Below, piece after piece: positions 1 through 17,764 of a DNA stretch of 64,000 nt. The stretch is from the NCBI RefSeq assembly GCF_009914755.1, contig NC_060945.1; one strand, 5' to 3'. The notes under the pieces were generated by a model, which was given only the letters and a program-made list of their open reading frames with translations, did not search any database and was not told the DNA's origin. A program made the position numbers and the translations under genes. Within the stretch, counting starts at the first letter, position 1, and the number at the start of each line of letters is the position of its first letter. The DNA comes from the human T2T-CHM13v2.0 reference genome, Homo sapiens.

Positions 1-103
1 TGAAATGTTAATCTCCTTTGGCAACACCCTCACAGACACACCCAGAAATAATACTTTGTATCCTTCAATCCAATCAAGTTGACACTCAATATTAACCATT
101 ACA
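1..103 (-). mobile_element. MLT2 (ERV-L) LTR 5' portion, cut by window edge
   Basis: Reverse complement begins tgtaatggttaatattgagtgtcaacttgattggattgaagg, the same LTR start as at 5122/5235/8199. Confidence 0.8.
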
Positions 104-1175
104 ATCATTGACACTATAAAGCAGCCACACCATCAAGTCTGCGTAATAACTAGCTAACAACATTATGACAGCAACAAATTCACACATACCAACACCAACC
201 TTGAATGTAAATGGGCTAAATGCCTCAATTAAAAGGCATAAAGTGGCAAGATGAATAAAGAAGCAGACCCAACTGTATGCTGTCTTCCAGAGACTATTTC
301 TTATATAATGACACCTGTAGGCTCAAAGTAAAGAGATGGAGAAAAATATACCAAGCAAACAGTAAAAAAAAAAGCAGGGGTTGCTATTCTAATTTCAGAC
401 AAAACAGTCTTTAAACCAACAACATTCGAAAGAGACAAAGGAAAGAATTACATAAGGGTAAAGGATTGAAGTCAACAAGAAGAGCTAACTGTCCTAAATA
501 TACATGCATTCAACACAGGAGCACACAGATTATAAAGCAAGTTCTTAGAGACCTTCAAAGAGACTTAGACTCCCACACAATAATAGTGGTAGACTTCTAT
601 ACCCTACCGACAGTATTAGCCAGACCATTAAGGTAGAAAACTAACAAAGATATTAATTATAAGTGTTGGGACCTGAACTCAACACTTGACCAAATGGGCC
701 TAATAGAACTCTTCCACCCTAAAACAACAGAATATACATTCTTCTCATTTGCACATGGCACATACTCTAAAATAAACCACACAATCAGAAAACAACTCTC
801 AGCAAATTCAAAAAATGGAAAATAAAATTACATCAAACACACTCTCAGACCACAGTCCAATGAAAATGGAAATCAATACTAAGAAAATCATATAAAACCA
901 TGCAATTACATGGAAATTAAACAATCTGCTTCTGAATGACTTTTGGGTAAGCAATGAAATTAAGGCAGAAATCAAGAAATTCTTTGAAACTAATGAGAAC
1001 AAACATACAATATAGCAGAATCTCTGGGACACAGCTAAAGCAGTGTTAAGAGGGAGGTTGACAATGCTAACCACCCACATCAAGAAATTAGAAAGATCTC
1101 AAATTAACAACCTAACATTACATCTAGAGAAGCTAGAGAAACAAGACCGAACCAAACTAGCAGAAGACAAAAAAT
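104..1175 (+). mobile_element. L1 (L1PB/L1MA-like) fragment: start of ORF2 endonuclease, degraded
   Basis: ATG at 165 reads MTATNSHIPTPTLNVNGLNASIKRH (L1 ORF2 N-terminus), followed by stops/frameshifts. Confidence 0.85.
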
Positions 1176-1309
1176 AATATGTTTTTTAAATACATTGCAG
1201 ATATTATTAGGTAAAATGTATTCAGAATTATTCTCTATATTCCTTTGTTAGAGTGATATATTATTTTATTTGTTGGGCACCTTTGGCAGCTTTTTTACAA
1301 GTTATTTTG

Positions 1310-2270
<961 letters not shown>

Positions 2271-3719
2271 CATGTGTTTTACACAGAGTTTATAGTTTCC
2301 CTTTTAAATTTGTTTTGATTGAAGAGTTACCCAGAAGTATGCTTATTAATTTCCAAGGAGATTAAACTTTTTAGCAAACTTTGTATAAAGTTCTTTATTT
2401 TATTGAATTTGTTATTTAATTTTATTGAATTTGATTAAAAAAAAACACAAACTACAAAATTTCTACCTTAAAATTGTAGAGGTTTTCCTGAAACCAAGCA
2501 CCATACAAGCACAAAACGTATTTTGTAAATGTTCAATGAACATATACAAGAAAGATTCTTCGTTGAAAGGATGTAAGTTTTAATGTACATTTATTAAAGT
2601 TTATTGATTGTATGATTCTTTTCTGTATAACTTTTTTTTGCTTGTTTTTAACTAGACCTGTGTAATTCTGAAAGAGAAATAATTTGTCTCTCATGATAGT
2701 TTTATTTTCCCAAATTTTTTCCTCATGTAGTTAGCTGCTGTATCATTTAATACAGATTTATAAATGTAATATACTCTTCATAAACTGTTCCTTTCATTAT
2801 TATATAACATGCCTCTTCAGTGCATTTAACCTTACATTTAACCTTGTCTGTTATTAATATTGCCATTTGTTATGTAAAATTAATTGCAATCCTGCCAGAA
2901 CATAGATGTTCTGGGTCTTATTAAGAATAACCAAAGATTTCCCTCCTTTAGGGAAAGAGATTATATGAGCTACTCTCTATGTTAAATCTACTCTCTATGT
3001 TAAATCTTTCTACTGTTTAACACTTACGTCACAAAGCTATATATGTTCTAAGAACAGGGTCCACACAGTCCACTGTTCATACAAACAGTATCCAGATTGT
3101 GTCAGGTGTTAAGGTTGGCTTTGACTTTTCAACAGGAACAGGCCTCTTGTTTCATAGGTCATGCTGACCCACTTAGCCTACAATCCTACAATAAAGATCT
3201 TCTATCCTTGGTCTTATCTTTATGCGACTGAACAACAAAACAGCTGCAAGGTTCTACCACATGCTCCTTTCTTTTTATTTGAATATGTCTCTTATCTCTT
3301 CACTCAATTCTCAATTTAAGCTGTTAACACTGCTTAAGCGGGGTTTATTTTCTTGTACATAGCAAATAGCTATGATTTGTTTGTACCCTAGTCTACAATC
3401 TGTCAACTATGTCCCTAACCACTCTTTTCCCCCATCAGTATGCCCTACTTCACCTCTACTTCTTCCTTAACCCCAATAAGTTGAAGCCCATAGACTACCT
3501 TCACTTCTCCTTTCTCCTCCCCAACTTCATTCTCTGCACCAGTTATAACCTTGGGAAGCTTCTACTTTCCATTGTTACCACAATCACCAGCTCCTAAGTT
3601 TTCTGAATTTGGGTAGTACATTTTAGAAATGTCTTATCCTTCCCGTTTCAGGAGACTTGCTTATAGATCACATTTTGAGATACTATGTTGTTATTCAGAT
3701 AGATGTATAGATGAAAACA

Positions 3720-3822
3720 GGAAGGAGGGAGGGAGGAAAGGAGGAAGGGAGGGAGGAAGGAAGGAAGGAGGGAGGGACGCAGGGAGGGAAGTGGGGAAAG
3801 GAGGGAAGGAAGGAGGGAAGGA
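3720..3822 (+). repeat. (GGAA/GGGA)n purine-rich simple repeat
   Basis: Directly visible. Confidence 0.9.
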
Positions 3823-6800
3823 CAAGTATTGCTGCTCACCACTGTGGCCTTGTTGCCTTGCCTCTTTATTTTCTCCATCCTAAGGTTTCTGCTCTGGTTC
3901 ATTTATTGCTCAGTTAGAGTATTTTCTCAAGAAATTTTTTAAAAGGGACCATGCCAGGAGTTCAATGTCACAGGGAGCTATGATCGCACCACTGACTCCA
4001 GCCTGGGTGTCTGAGCAACTCTCTAAAACATAACAACAAAACAAAATAAAATAAAAGGGGTACATGGCTGATATACTCTGAATTTTTATTTATCCTCACA
4101 TATCTCTCTGTCACTCTGACAGGTCAATTATCTTATTTGAGAAGACTCTGGGTTCCAATTCTTTAATTGATGCTATTTCACTATCAGCCAGCTTTCAGTA
4201 AATTAATTAAAAAATAACAGAGGATTCCATTGCCCAAAGCTTTGTTCATATTTCCCTTTGTTGGTTGTTTGTTATTTCTACCTAGAAGCCTATAATATTA
4301 TCTTCATTATTAAAGTTCCAGGATTCACTCAGGACATACCTGGTGTGTATCTCGTCTCATCAGTAAAGCCCGCAACTTGGAAAGCTCTTACACTCTAGTC
4401 TCAAAACTGTATTTACCTTAGATAAATTGTTTTTTAGTATTTGTTTAATGATTGCCTATCTTCCATCTGCTCTTTTTTTTCCTTAAGAATCTCCAATTAT
4501 TTTTATGGTAGGGATCCTCAAATCTTGCATTCAAGTTGCCTACAATTTTCATTTGTGCTTTGACGTTTTCCCTGCACCTGGTCATCCAGTTTACCAATTC
4601 AGATGTCAATAATCACCATCCTTATCTTAAATGTATCTACTGAGTTATTTGAGAAATCATGGCATTAAAGTCAAAGAAGTCTTTTAACCACTGCCTTAAG
4701 TGTGGTTACTTTTTTTCAATTCAGCCATTCTTCTGCTCTTCTAACAATTCTCTTCTACTGGGTTTGTGCTCTAATTTTTGTCTGATATTTTCATCTCTCA
4801 TCTATGGTACCCTCACATTTGTGGTTATTTATCTCTGATAGTTATGGGGACCTCAGGTGTACTGTGGAGAATTCTGAATGGCTGGACTCCCATGGATGCT
4901 GGAAGGAGAAGCAGCAGCTGCCCTCACCACCCCAGACCTGAGTGTGGAAACCTCAGGCTCACATCCCCCTCCCCCAGCTCTCCATATAGAAAAAAAGTAA
5001 CCAAATTTAGGTCACTATGTCCCCAAAAATGATACTGTTCATCCTTTTCCCCAATATTTGTCTTTAATTAGTGAATAAATGAACTATCTGAGCTTCATCG
5101 TTGGAAACAAGATATACTGAGTGTGATGGTTAATATGGCGTGTCAACTTGATTGGACCTTATTATTGTCTTTATTTGAAGATAATGCATGATCTCAGCAC
5201 ATGTGTATAGGCTCAAGTTGACAAGGGGTGGACTTGCGATGGTTAATACTGAGTGTCAACTTGTTTGGATTGAAGGATACAAAGGATTGATCCTGGATGT
5301 ATCTCTGAGAGTGTTGCTAAAGGAGATTAAAATTTGAGTCACTGGGCTGGGAAAGGTAGACCCACCCTTAATCTGGGTGGGCACAATCTACTCAGCTCCC
5401 AGCGTGCCTAGAAAAGAAGCAGGCAGAAAAATAAAAGGAGAGACTGGCCTAGCCTCCCAGCCTACATCTTTCTCCCCTGCTGGATGCTTCCTGTCCTGGA
5501 ACACTGGACTCCACGTTCTTCAGTTTTGGAACTCAGACTTGGCTCTCCTTGCCCCTCAGCCTACAGACAGCCTATGAAGGGACCTTGTGATTGTGTGAGT
5601 TAAACTTAATAAACTCCCCTTTATATATACAAAATATATATATATAACATATATAATACATATATAAATATATGTATATATAGAACAAAATGAACCTAGT
5701 TGGTTGCTCCTAAGTTCACTGAACAAAGAAATTTTAAAAAATTATGAACTCAAGGATTCTATCTCCTGGCTTCAGAAGCAGATACTGAGCCTCAAATCTG
5801 CTAAGATTGCCCTGAGTGACAGTCTTATCTACTGTCGAGAAAGAGCTGAAACTGAAAAAACAGACACAAGAATTGCTTGAGTTTTCTAATTTATATAAAC
5901 AGAAATCTGGAGAACAGCCATGGGAATGGATATTAAAAGTGTGGGATAGTGGTGGAAGGAACATGGAGTTGGATCAGGCTGAATTTATTGATTTGGGCCC
6001 ACCAAGTAGGGACTCTGCATTTAATGTTGCAGCTCAGGGAGTTAAAAAAGGTTCTAATAGTTTATTTGCTTGATTAGCTGAAATATGGATTAAAAGATGG
6101 CCCACTGTGAATGAGCTGGAAATGCCTGATCTTCCTTGGTTTAATGTAGAAAAAGGGATCCAAAGGCTTAGGGAAATTGGCATGGTGGAATGAATTAGAC
6201 ACTTTAGACCTATTCGTCCCAGCTGGGAGGGTGCAGAAGATATACCCTTGACCAATGTCTTGCGAAACAGATTCGTGAAGGCAGCACCTGCATCTTTGAA
6301 GAGTCTTGTAATTGCTCTTGTCTGCATGTCAGATCTAACAGTGAGAACTGCAGACACTCGACTACAAAATTAAAATACAATGGGAGTAACTGGATCACGA
6401 GATGGCAGGGGCCAAGTGGTGGCACTCAACTATCAAAGGCAAGGTGGGCATAGCTGCTGTAATAGACAGCAGAGGCAAAGCAGCAATCAGAATAGTCTGA
6501 CTCATGTAGAGCTCTGGCATTGGCTAATTAATCATGGTGCTCCTAGAAGTGAAATTGATAGGAAGCCTACTGCATTCTTAATTTATATAAGCAGAAAACT
6601 TCTAGGTCAAATGGACAAAAGACTAATTTGAATTACAAATACAGAGAATCACGGCCCCTCAATCAATTTCCAGACTTGAGCCAGTTTACGGTTTACTTCC
6701 CCTTGAGGAAGGACCCCACCATATTACCAACACTTTATGCAGTGATTCTCCCATCCTTCCCCAAGGAGACGTCATGGTCATGGAAATCACTGGTCTTACC

Positions 6801-7535
6801 ATGTTCCCCATCATCCTGAAGCAGCTGTATTGATAGAATGGTGGATTAGCCTTTCAAAGTCACAATTCCAATGCCAACTAGGTGACAATACTTTGCAGGG
6901 CTGGGGCAAAGTTCTCCAGAAGGCCATGTATGCTGTGAATCAGTGTCCAATATACGGTACTGTTTCTCTCACAGCCAGGATTCACAGGTCCAGGAATCAA
7001 GGGGTGGAAGTGGAAGTGGCACCACTCACCATCACCTTTAGTAATCAGCTACCAAATTTTTTGCTTCCTGTTCCCGCCACATTACGTTGTGCTGGCCTAG
7101 AGGTCTTAATTGCAGAGGGAGGAATGCTGCCACCAGGAGACACAACAATTCCATTAAACTGGAAGTTAAGATTGCCACCTGGACACTTTGGGCTCCTCCT
7201 ACCTTTAAGTCAACACACTAAGAAGGGAGTTACAGTGTTGGTTGGGGTTACTGACCTGGACTTTCAAGATGAAATCAGTGTACTACTTCACAAAGGAGGT
7301 AAGGAAGAGTTTGCATAGAATACAGGAGATTAATTAGGGTGTCTCTTAGTATTACCATGCCCTGTGATTAAGGTCAGTAGGAAACTACAAGAGCCCAATC
7401 CAGGCAGGACTACAAATGACCCAGACCCTTCAGGAATAAAGGTTTGGGTCACTCCACTAGGAAAAAAACCACGACCTGCTGAGATGCTTGCTGAAGGCAA
7501 AAGGAATACAGAATGAGTAGTAGAAGAAAGTAGTC

Positions 7536-7833
<298 letters not shown>

Positions 7834-8583
7834 AAGAAAGTAGTCATCAGTACCAGCTACGACCATGTGACCAACTGCAGAAAGAAGGACTGTAATTGTC
7901 ATGAGTATTTCCTCCTTTTGTTAAAAACATGTTTTTGCATGCATACACTTGTACTAAGAAAATATCTTCATTTTATTTCCTTTCTCCTTTATCATGTGAC
8001 ATAAGATTTATTGACTTCACATCAGCATTTAAGTACTGTTAACTTTATGTATTTGGGTCGGGGATTGGTGCGTTTCTGGTTGTACGAAGGATAGTTGAAT
8101 TATGTTACGTGTCATTATGACCTTATTATTGCCTTTATTTGAAGATTATGTGTGATCTCAGCAGATGTGTATAGGCTCAAGTTGACAAGGGGTGGATTTG
8201 CGATGGTTAATACTGAGTGTCAACTTGTTTGGATTGAAGGATACAAAGGATTGATCCTGGGTGTGTCTCTGAGGGTGTTGCCAAAGGAGATTAACATTTG
8301 AGTCAGTGGGCTGGGAAAGGCAGATCCACCTTTAATCTGGGTGAGCACAATCCAATCAGCTGCCAGCATGGCTAGAATATAAGCAGGCAGAAAAATGTAA
8401 AAAGAGAGACTGGCCTAGCCTTCCAGCCTATATCTTTCTCCCATGCTGGATGCTTCCTGCCCGTGAACGCGGGACTCCTAGTTCCTCAGTTTTGGAACTT
8501 GGACTGGCTCTCCTTGCTCCTCAGCCTGCAGACGGCTTATTGTAGGACCTTGTGATTGTGTGAGTTAATACTTAATAAACTCC

Positions 8584-8587
<4 letters not shown>

Positions 8588-8632
<45 letters not shown>
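8588..8632. repeat. (TA)n microsatellite in MLT2A 3' LTR
   Basis: Directly visible. Confidence 0.95.
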
Positions 8633-8634
<2 letters not shown>

Positions 8635-8954
8635 TTCATTAGTTCTGTCCCTCTAGAGAACGCTAATAAACCAAGGTTCCGTTTTACTGTATTCTACTAC
8701 AAGGCTTTGAGAAAATGGTAAGTGGTGTTAACTTACAGGAGATCACAGACACTGGTGAAAACCTAAACAAAGCTAGACATACTTTCTCTAGAAGGAAAAA
8801 GCCCTTACGTATACACAGAGGGTGGCCAGGTTTCTGGAAGTCCATAAACTTCAGATTAAGAGACCACCAAGGAGAGACTGTCTGTCATTTCTCTGTTTTT
8901 CAGAGTAAGATTATCAGGACCGTAGAAACTGTTCTTATTCCTTGGCCTCACTGA

Positions 8955-9306
<352 letters not shown>

Positions 9307-9969
9307 TTAATGTTCCTTTTGAACAGAATCCTCCCCTTGGCTGGATGAAAGGATTATAAGTTATAGCAACATAAGAGCTGGCATTCCCAACCTAGAACTT
9401 TAACCACCCACCTCCTTTTGCATAAATCTAGAGATGAGAGAGAGAGAGCTATAAAACCAAAGGCCTTCTAAAGCAAAAGACACCTTTGGTAAATAGCTAA
9501 AAAGATTTCTACAGCTTCAAATATTAGACACTTTAAAAAGTGTATTAATTTGACCCCTATGGGTCTTACATTAGCATTTAAGATGTATGTCCTAAAAGAG
9601 CATTGCACCAGCTTAATCTTTCCTGAAAACTTGTTGTCCCATGAAGACTGTCCTTTGATGAGCTCATTCAATCACATGACTTCAAACGCTCCTCATATGA
9701 TAATAGCTCCTATTTCAATAACTCTAGTTCATTTCCTCTCTCCTCAACCCGGACCCATATGCATAAACATTTGGACACGTCCACTTAAAAAGTTTCACTT
9801 CAATCCTAACTTGCCCCCATGTTGTCCTTATCATCTTCCCCCTATTCCATTTTACTCTCCCTCCACAAAGCTTGCTCCTTCTGGTTTTCCATTCCTGGGA
9901 ATGGCACTATTATTCTCTCAGCTGCCCAAGTTAAAAACCCACAAGTCACCTCGACTCCTACCTCTCTCT

Positions 9970-9976
9970 GATAGAC

Positions 9977-10024
<48 letters not shown>

Positions 10025-10082
10025 GGATGATAGGTAGATATAGATAGATGATAGATAGATATAGATAGATGATATAGATAGA

Positions 10083-10118
<36 letters not shown>
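9970..10118. repeat. Compound (GATA)n/(GACA)n tetranucleotide STR
   Basis: Directly visible. Confidence 0.95.
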
Positions 10119-10318
10119 ATCTATAGATACAGGTATTCAATCAGTTACCAAGCGTCGTCCCTTCCTTACCCTATGCAAATATGTTCCCCCTTCCCATTCC
10201 CACAGCCTTAACCTCAGTTCAGGCCACTACCATCTCTTCATTTAACCACAGCAGTCTCAAGAGGGTCCTCCATCTCCTGATTAACCTGCCTCTAGTCCAT
10301 TCCCCACAGCCAGAGTGA

Positions 10319-10641
<323 letters not shown>

Positions 10642-11089
10642 CCAGAATGATCTTTTGAAAGCACGTTTGATTTTGTTGACTCCTCGCTTCTAGAAGCACA
10701 TCTTCAGAATAAAGACTACATCCTTTCCCATAATTTGTGAGCACTGAATGCTGTTTCCTGCTCTATCCTAGACTCCTCTTTGACTAGTCCTCCACCTGAA
10801 CCCTGGACCTAGCCAGACTAAGCTACTTGCAACTCCCTGAATATGCTGGACTCTGACTCTGAAGCCTCTAGGCCTTTCCATGCACTCTTCCCTCTGCTGA
10901 ATGCCCTCTCACCTCTTTTGCACTTGCCTGAATCCCATTCTCCTTTCTAGACTCAATTTAGCCATTATCAATTCTAGGATGTATTATACTTCACAGTCTC
11001 CAAAACTCTCTGTGCGTTCCTCTATCATCAAACTGTAGCCACATATCCCCACTGTTTCAGGCTTCCAAAATTCTAAAGTTGTCCTTTTC

Positions 11090-11940
<851 letters not shown>

Positions 11941-12039
11941 AAATTGACACGATTGAGTAGAAAATGTTTGCAAAATGTAGAGATTAGTAGCCAGAATATA
12001 TGAATAATTAGTTCTTACAGATCAACAAGTAAAAAGACA

Positions 12040-12510
12040 ACAGAAATCTGATATAAAATGCTTAAATGACAATAAAGCAAAAATACCTAATGGCTAATAA
12101 ACATAAGAAAATTTCAACCATATTATTCATTAGGAAAATACAAATCAATACTATATTAGACCTACTAGATTGGCAAAATCTAAGAAGTCTAACAGTCCCA
12201 AATATTGGTGAAGATATGGCACTACAGAAACTCATATATACTACTGGCAAGTAAACTGGCATCTTTCTGGAAAACAATTTGGCATTATCAGGTAAAATGA
12301 AACATAATTGTACCGTATGATTTAGAAATTCCACTTCTAGGTATTGACTAGAGTACCAACAGACATGTACAGAGATGTTTATAGCAACATTATTCATAAT
12401 AGTGAAAACTGGAAACAACCTAAAATTCAATGACCAAAGTATGAATAAATGAATAGTGGAATATATTGGTGAAAATGAGTGAATAACTCTTCAACATGGA
12501 GAAGTTGCAC
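12040..12510 (+). mobile_element. Ancient L1M 3' fragment
   Basis: Degenerate L1 ORF2 C-terminus/3' UTR motifs (atgtttatagcaacattattcataatag). Confidence 0.6.
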
Positions 12511-12959
12511 AAAAATATTAAGCAGAAAACTCAATTTGAGACATTTATAAAAATCTTTTTATAATCTATAAAAAAATCCCAATGTGCCATCACCAAGGGC
12601 AAGTGAAAAATTGTTGACTCCAGTGAGGCAGAACTAAAGGAAGTTCTAACAAGGGAAAATTGCAGCACACTGCACTGTCGAGAAATGTAAAGGATCTGAG
12701 ATTTTACTCCACTTGCAACCCAAATTAGTCTGCCACAGTTTCACTGTTGGCAGAAAAAAACAAGGCTTTTGGGTCAGAGACAAGGAATTTTATTACTCAT
12801 AGTATTCATACAACAATTAGCATGAGCAACAGCATGTTTCATCAGTTTCCCCTTGCCTCAAGTCTTATGGGGGTAACATGGATGGGCCCAGATGGATCTG
12901 ACCTCCTTGGCCTCCCACAGTGCAGGGATTACATCACGCCCAGCCTCAATTTTCTTTAT

Positions 12960-14640
<1,681 letters not shown>

Positions 14641-15591
14641 GTTTTTGTCTAACACAATTATTTAGGGGAAAGAATTATAAGAACCACTTCTTCTTCTTGG
14701 GCATACAGTTCAACTATATTGGAACCACCTGAATGAGCCCTGGCCACTGGAATTTGAAGTCACTTATGCTACTTCCAGGACTGGCTCGAAAATCTCTCAT
14801 GCATAATCTTCCTCTTCTTTCCATATCCACGCTGACTTAGAGGTTTCAGGCTGACTGTGATGGTGGCACAAAACAGAGGGATCCTCAGTCTCCGAATGAC
14901 TAAATGGAATAGAACACTTTCTATGCTCTGGACAAAGCACATTAGATTATAAAATGCATAAGCAATAAATTTTTAGTGTGTCACTAATAAAGAACTTGGT
15001 ACATCAGTTGAACCTCTGCACATGAGAATAACATAGACTGTAAGATCGTGGCCCAGTTCACATGAATTTGAAATAATAAAATGTATACCCAAGAAACTCT
15101 CTGGCCAACTTCAGAACTGGAACACTGCCAGTCCCTTTATGCTGTTTATCTGGGTGCCTGGTTCTCCTCTAGCCTTTCTCCCAGTCATCCTTACCTCCTC
15201 TCATCCAACCGGTTAGCACTAGCCTGAATTTTTTGTTTATCATTATGTTGTTGCCTTTTTGTTTGCTTTGTTTTGGTTTTCTCTTATACTAAAAGACTTT
15301 TCAAATATATTTTAGAACAGTTTTAGCTTTACAGGAAAACTGATAAGGAAGTACAGAGAGTTTTGTTGTAGACACAGGTTAAAAAACAAAAAAAAGTATG
15401 GACTTTACACAAACCTCCTCTCCCTGACTGCACAAACACAAGCACAGTTCCCCCCAATTATTTGCATCTTGCATTAGTGTGGTATATCTGTTACAACTGA
15501 TGAACCAATATTGATACACTATTACTAACTAAAGTTCACAGTTTATATTAGGGTTCACCCTCTGTTCAGTTAATTTTCAAAATGTCATTTC

Positions 15592-15874
15592 TTTTTTTTT
15601 TGAGACGGAGTCTTGCTCTTGTTGCCCAGGCTGGAGGTGCAATGGCATGATCTCAGCTCACTGCCATATCCGCCTCTGAAGCTCAAACAATGCTCCTGCC
15701 TCAACCTCCCGAGTAGATGGGATTACAGGTGCATACCACCACACTCGCTAATTTTTTTATTTTCAGTAAAGATGGGGTTTCATCCTGTTGGCCATGCTGG
15801 TCCCAAACTCCTGACCTCAGGTGATCTGCCTGCCTCAGCCTCCCAAAGTGGTGGGATTACATCGCACCCAGCCT
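15592..15874 (-). mobile_element. AluS
   Basis: TSD aaaatgtcatt. Confidence 0.85.
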
Positions 15875-16358
15875 AAAATGTCATTATTTCTTCCTTGACA
15901 TATGAATTGTTTAGAAGCATGTTTTAAATTTTGTAAATGTATGGGGACTTTAAAATTTTATTTTTGTTATTAATTTATAACCTAAACACTTTATAGTCAG
16001 AGAAGATTAGCTATATCATATTGATTCTTTGAATTTTACAGGGACTTACTTTTGGTCTAATATGTAATTATGTTTGTAAACATCCCATGGGTGCTTGAGA
16101 AAGAATATGCATTCCCTGATTGTTAGTTTCAGAGTTCTATATTAGTCTATTATATCAAATTCACTGCTATTGTTCAAATCTCCTCTTTGCCTTTTTGGTC
16201 TCCTTGATGTAGTACTAATTGAGACAGACAATTTGAAATCCTCCTGTATGATCAATTTGCAAATTTATACTTGTATTTTTCTTTATTTTACATAGTATGA
16301 AGCAATTTTCCTGGACACAATTTTAGTAAAGTGTAAACCTTTATCATTCTTTAGTGTC

Positions 16359-16731
16359 TGTATTAGTCTGTTCTCGCATTGCTATAAAGAATTACCTGAG
16401 ACTGGGTAAAGAAAAGAAGTTTAATTGGCTCACGGTTCCACAGGCCGTACAGGAAGCATGGCTGGGGAGGCCTCAGGAAGCTTAAAATCAGGGCACAAGG
16501 TGAAGAGGAAGGAGGCACGTCCACATGGTTGGAGCAGGAGGAAGAGAGCGAAGAGGGAGTGCTACACACTTTTAAACAACCAGATCTCGCTAAGAACTCA
16601 CTATCACGACAACAGCAAGGAGCAAGTCTGCCCCCATGATCCAATCACCTCTCACCATGCACCTCCTCCAATACTAGGGGATTAAAATTCAACATGAGAT
16701 TTGAGTGGGGACACAAATCCAAACCATATCA
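16359..16731 (-). mobile_element. MST (MaLR) solo LTR
   Basis: tgtattagtc...aaaccatatca termini; perfect 5-bp TSD gtgtc (16354-58, 16732-36). Confidence 0.9.
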
Positions 16732-16774
16732 GTGTCCATGTCTATTCCTAATTAGCTTTTAACTTTGTACTCAG

Positions 16775-17270
16775 CGTATTAATTTCTGAGAGCTACTGTA
16801 ACAGTGCCACCAACTGGGTAACTGTTTGTTGTAAAACAAACACATCCTCTCACAGTTTTACAACTGTTTGTTGTAAAACCAATGCATTCTCTCACAGTTC
16901 TTGAGGCTAGGTGTCTGAAATAAAGGTGTGGGCTGGACCATGCTCCCTCTGAAGCCTTGAAGGAAGAATCCTTGCCTGCCTCTTCCAGCCTCTGGCAGTT
17001 GCTAGCAACCCCTGGCATTCCTTTACTCATTAACTCATCACTCCAACCTCTGCCTCTGTCTTCATATGGCCCTATGTCTCTGTTTCTGTGTTCAGATTTT
17101 CCTGTTCTTACAAGGACACAGAGATATTGGATTTAGGGCCCATCCTAATCAAGTACAACCTTGTCTTAACTTGATTACATCTGCAAAGTCCCTAATTCCA
17201 AATAGGAGCATATTCACAGGTTTCAGTTGGACACGAATTTTGTTGGGGGGACACTACTCAATCTAGTACA
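16775..17270 (-). mobile_element. MLT1 (MaLR) LTR with a ~43-bp internal tandem duplication
   Basis: Typical MLT1 motifs (ctctcacagttct, acatctgcaaag..ccta.ttccaaatag). Confidence 0.75.
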
Positions 17271-17288
17271 ATCAGCTATTAATGTAGC

Positions 17289-17731
17289 TGATGCAGGATT
17301 TTTTGCTCCTTAGTTCAGTTAAATTTGGGTTATCACATGACCAGAAAAAATTAGGCACGCGTACACACTGAAAGGCGAGGAGGGCAGAATTTATTAGGCA
17401 AAAGGAAAGCTCTCCACAAAAAGAGGGGTCCTTCATGCAGGTTTTACACCTCACAAATTGAATGCCAGGCCACCACACACGAGCTGAAGAGGCACGGCTT
17501 CTCCCCTGCATAAGGAGCAAACTCCTCGTGGCTCCACCCCATGTGTGGGCGCTTAGTCTGAGCCACATTGATTTATTTCCCTTACTGCACATGTGTTGAG
17601 AAATGGAATCTTTCACAGTGGGCATGTTCATTCAGGCAAGCCACGTGTGCACAATGACCTAGGCAAGTCAGAGGCTCTCCAGGAACCCTTCTCTATTTGC
17701 CTAGGCTTGTGCCTGTCACCTTTCTCTTTCA
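17289..17731 (-). mobile_element. MER61-family ERV1 solo LTR
   Basis: TG...CA termini, 4-bp TSD tagc (17285-88, 17732-35), AATAAA on minus at 17390-17395, p53 half-sites; family assigned from recall. Confidence 0.75.
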
Positions 17732-17764
17732 TAGCTAGCTGTTTTATAGATTGGTCTAATATAT

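Noticed and set aside
2971-3006. 18-bp tandem duplication tactctctatgttaaatc
   Set aside because: Ordinary slippage duplication; no further structure
6830-7318. 162-aa integrase-tail/dUTPase-like ORF as a domesticated gene
   Set aside because: TTG start, internal to a deleted provirus with stops and frameshifts around it; no sign of selection visible
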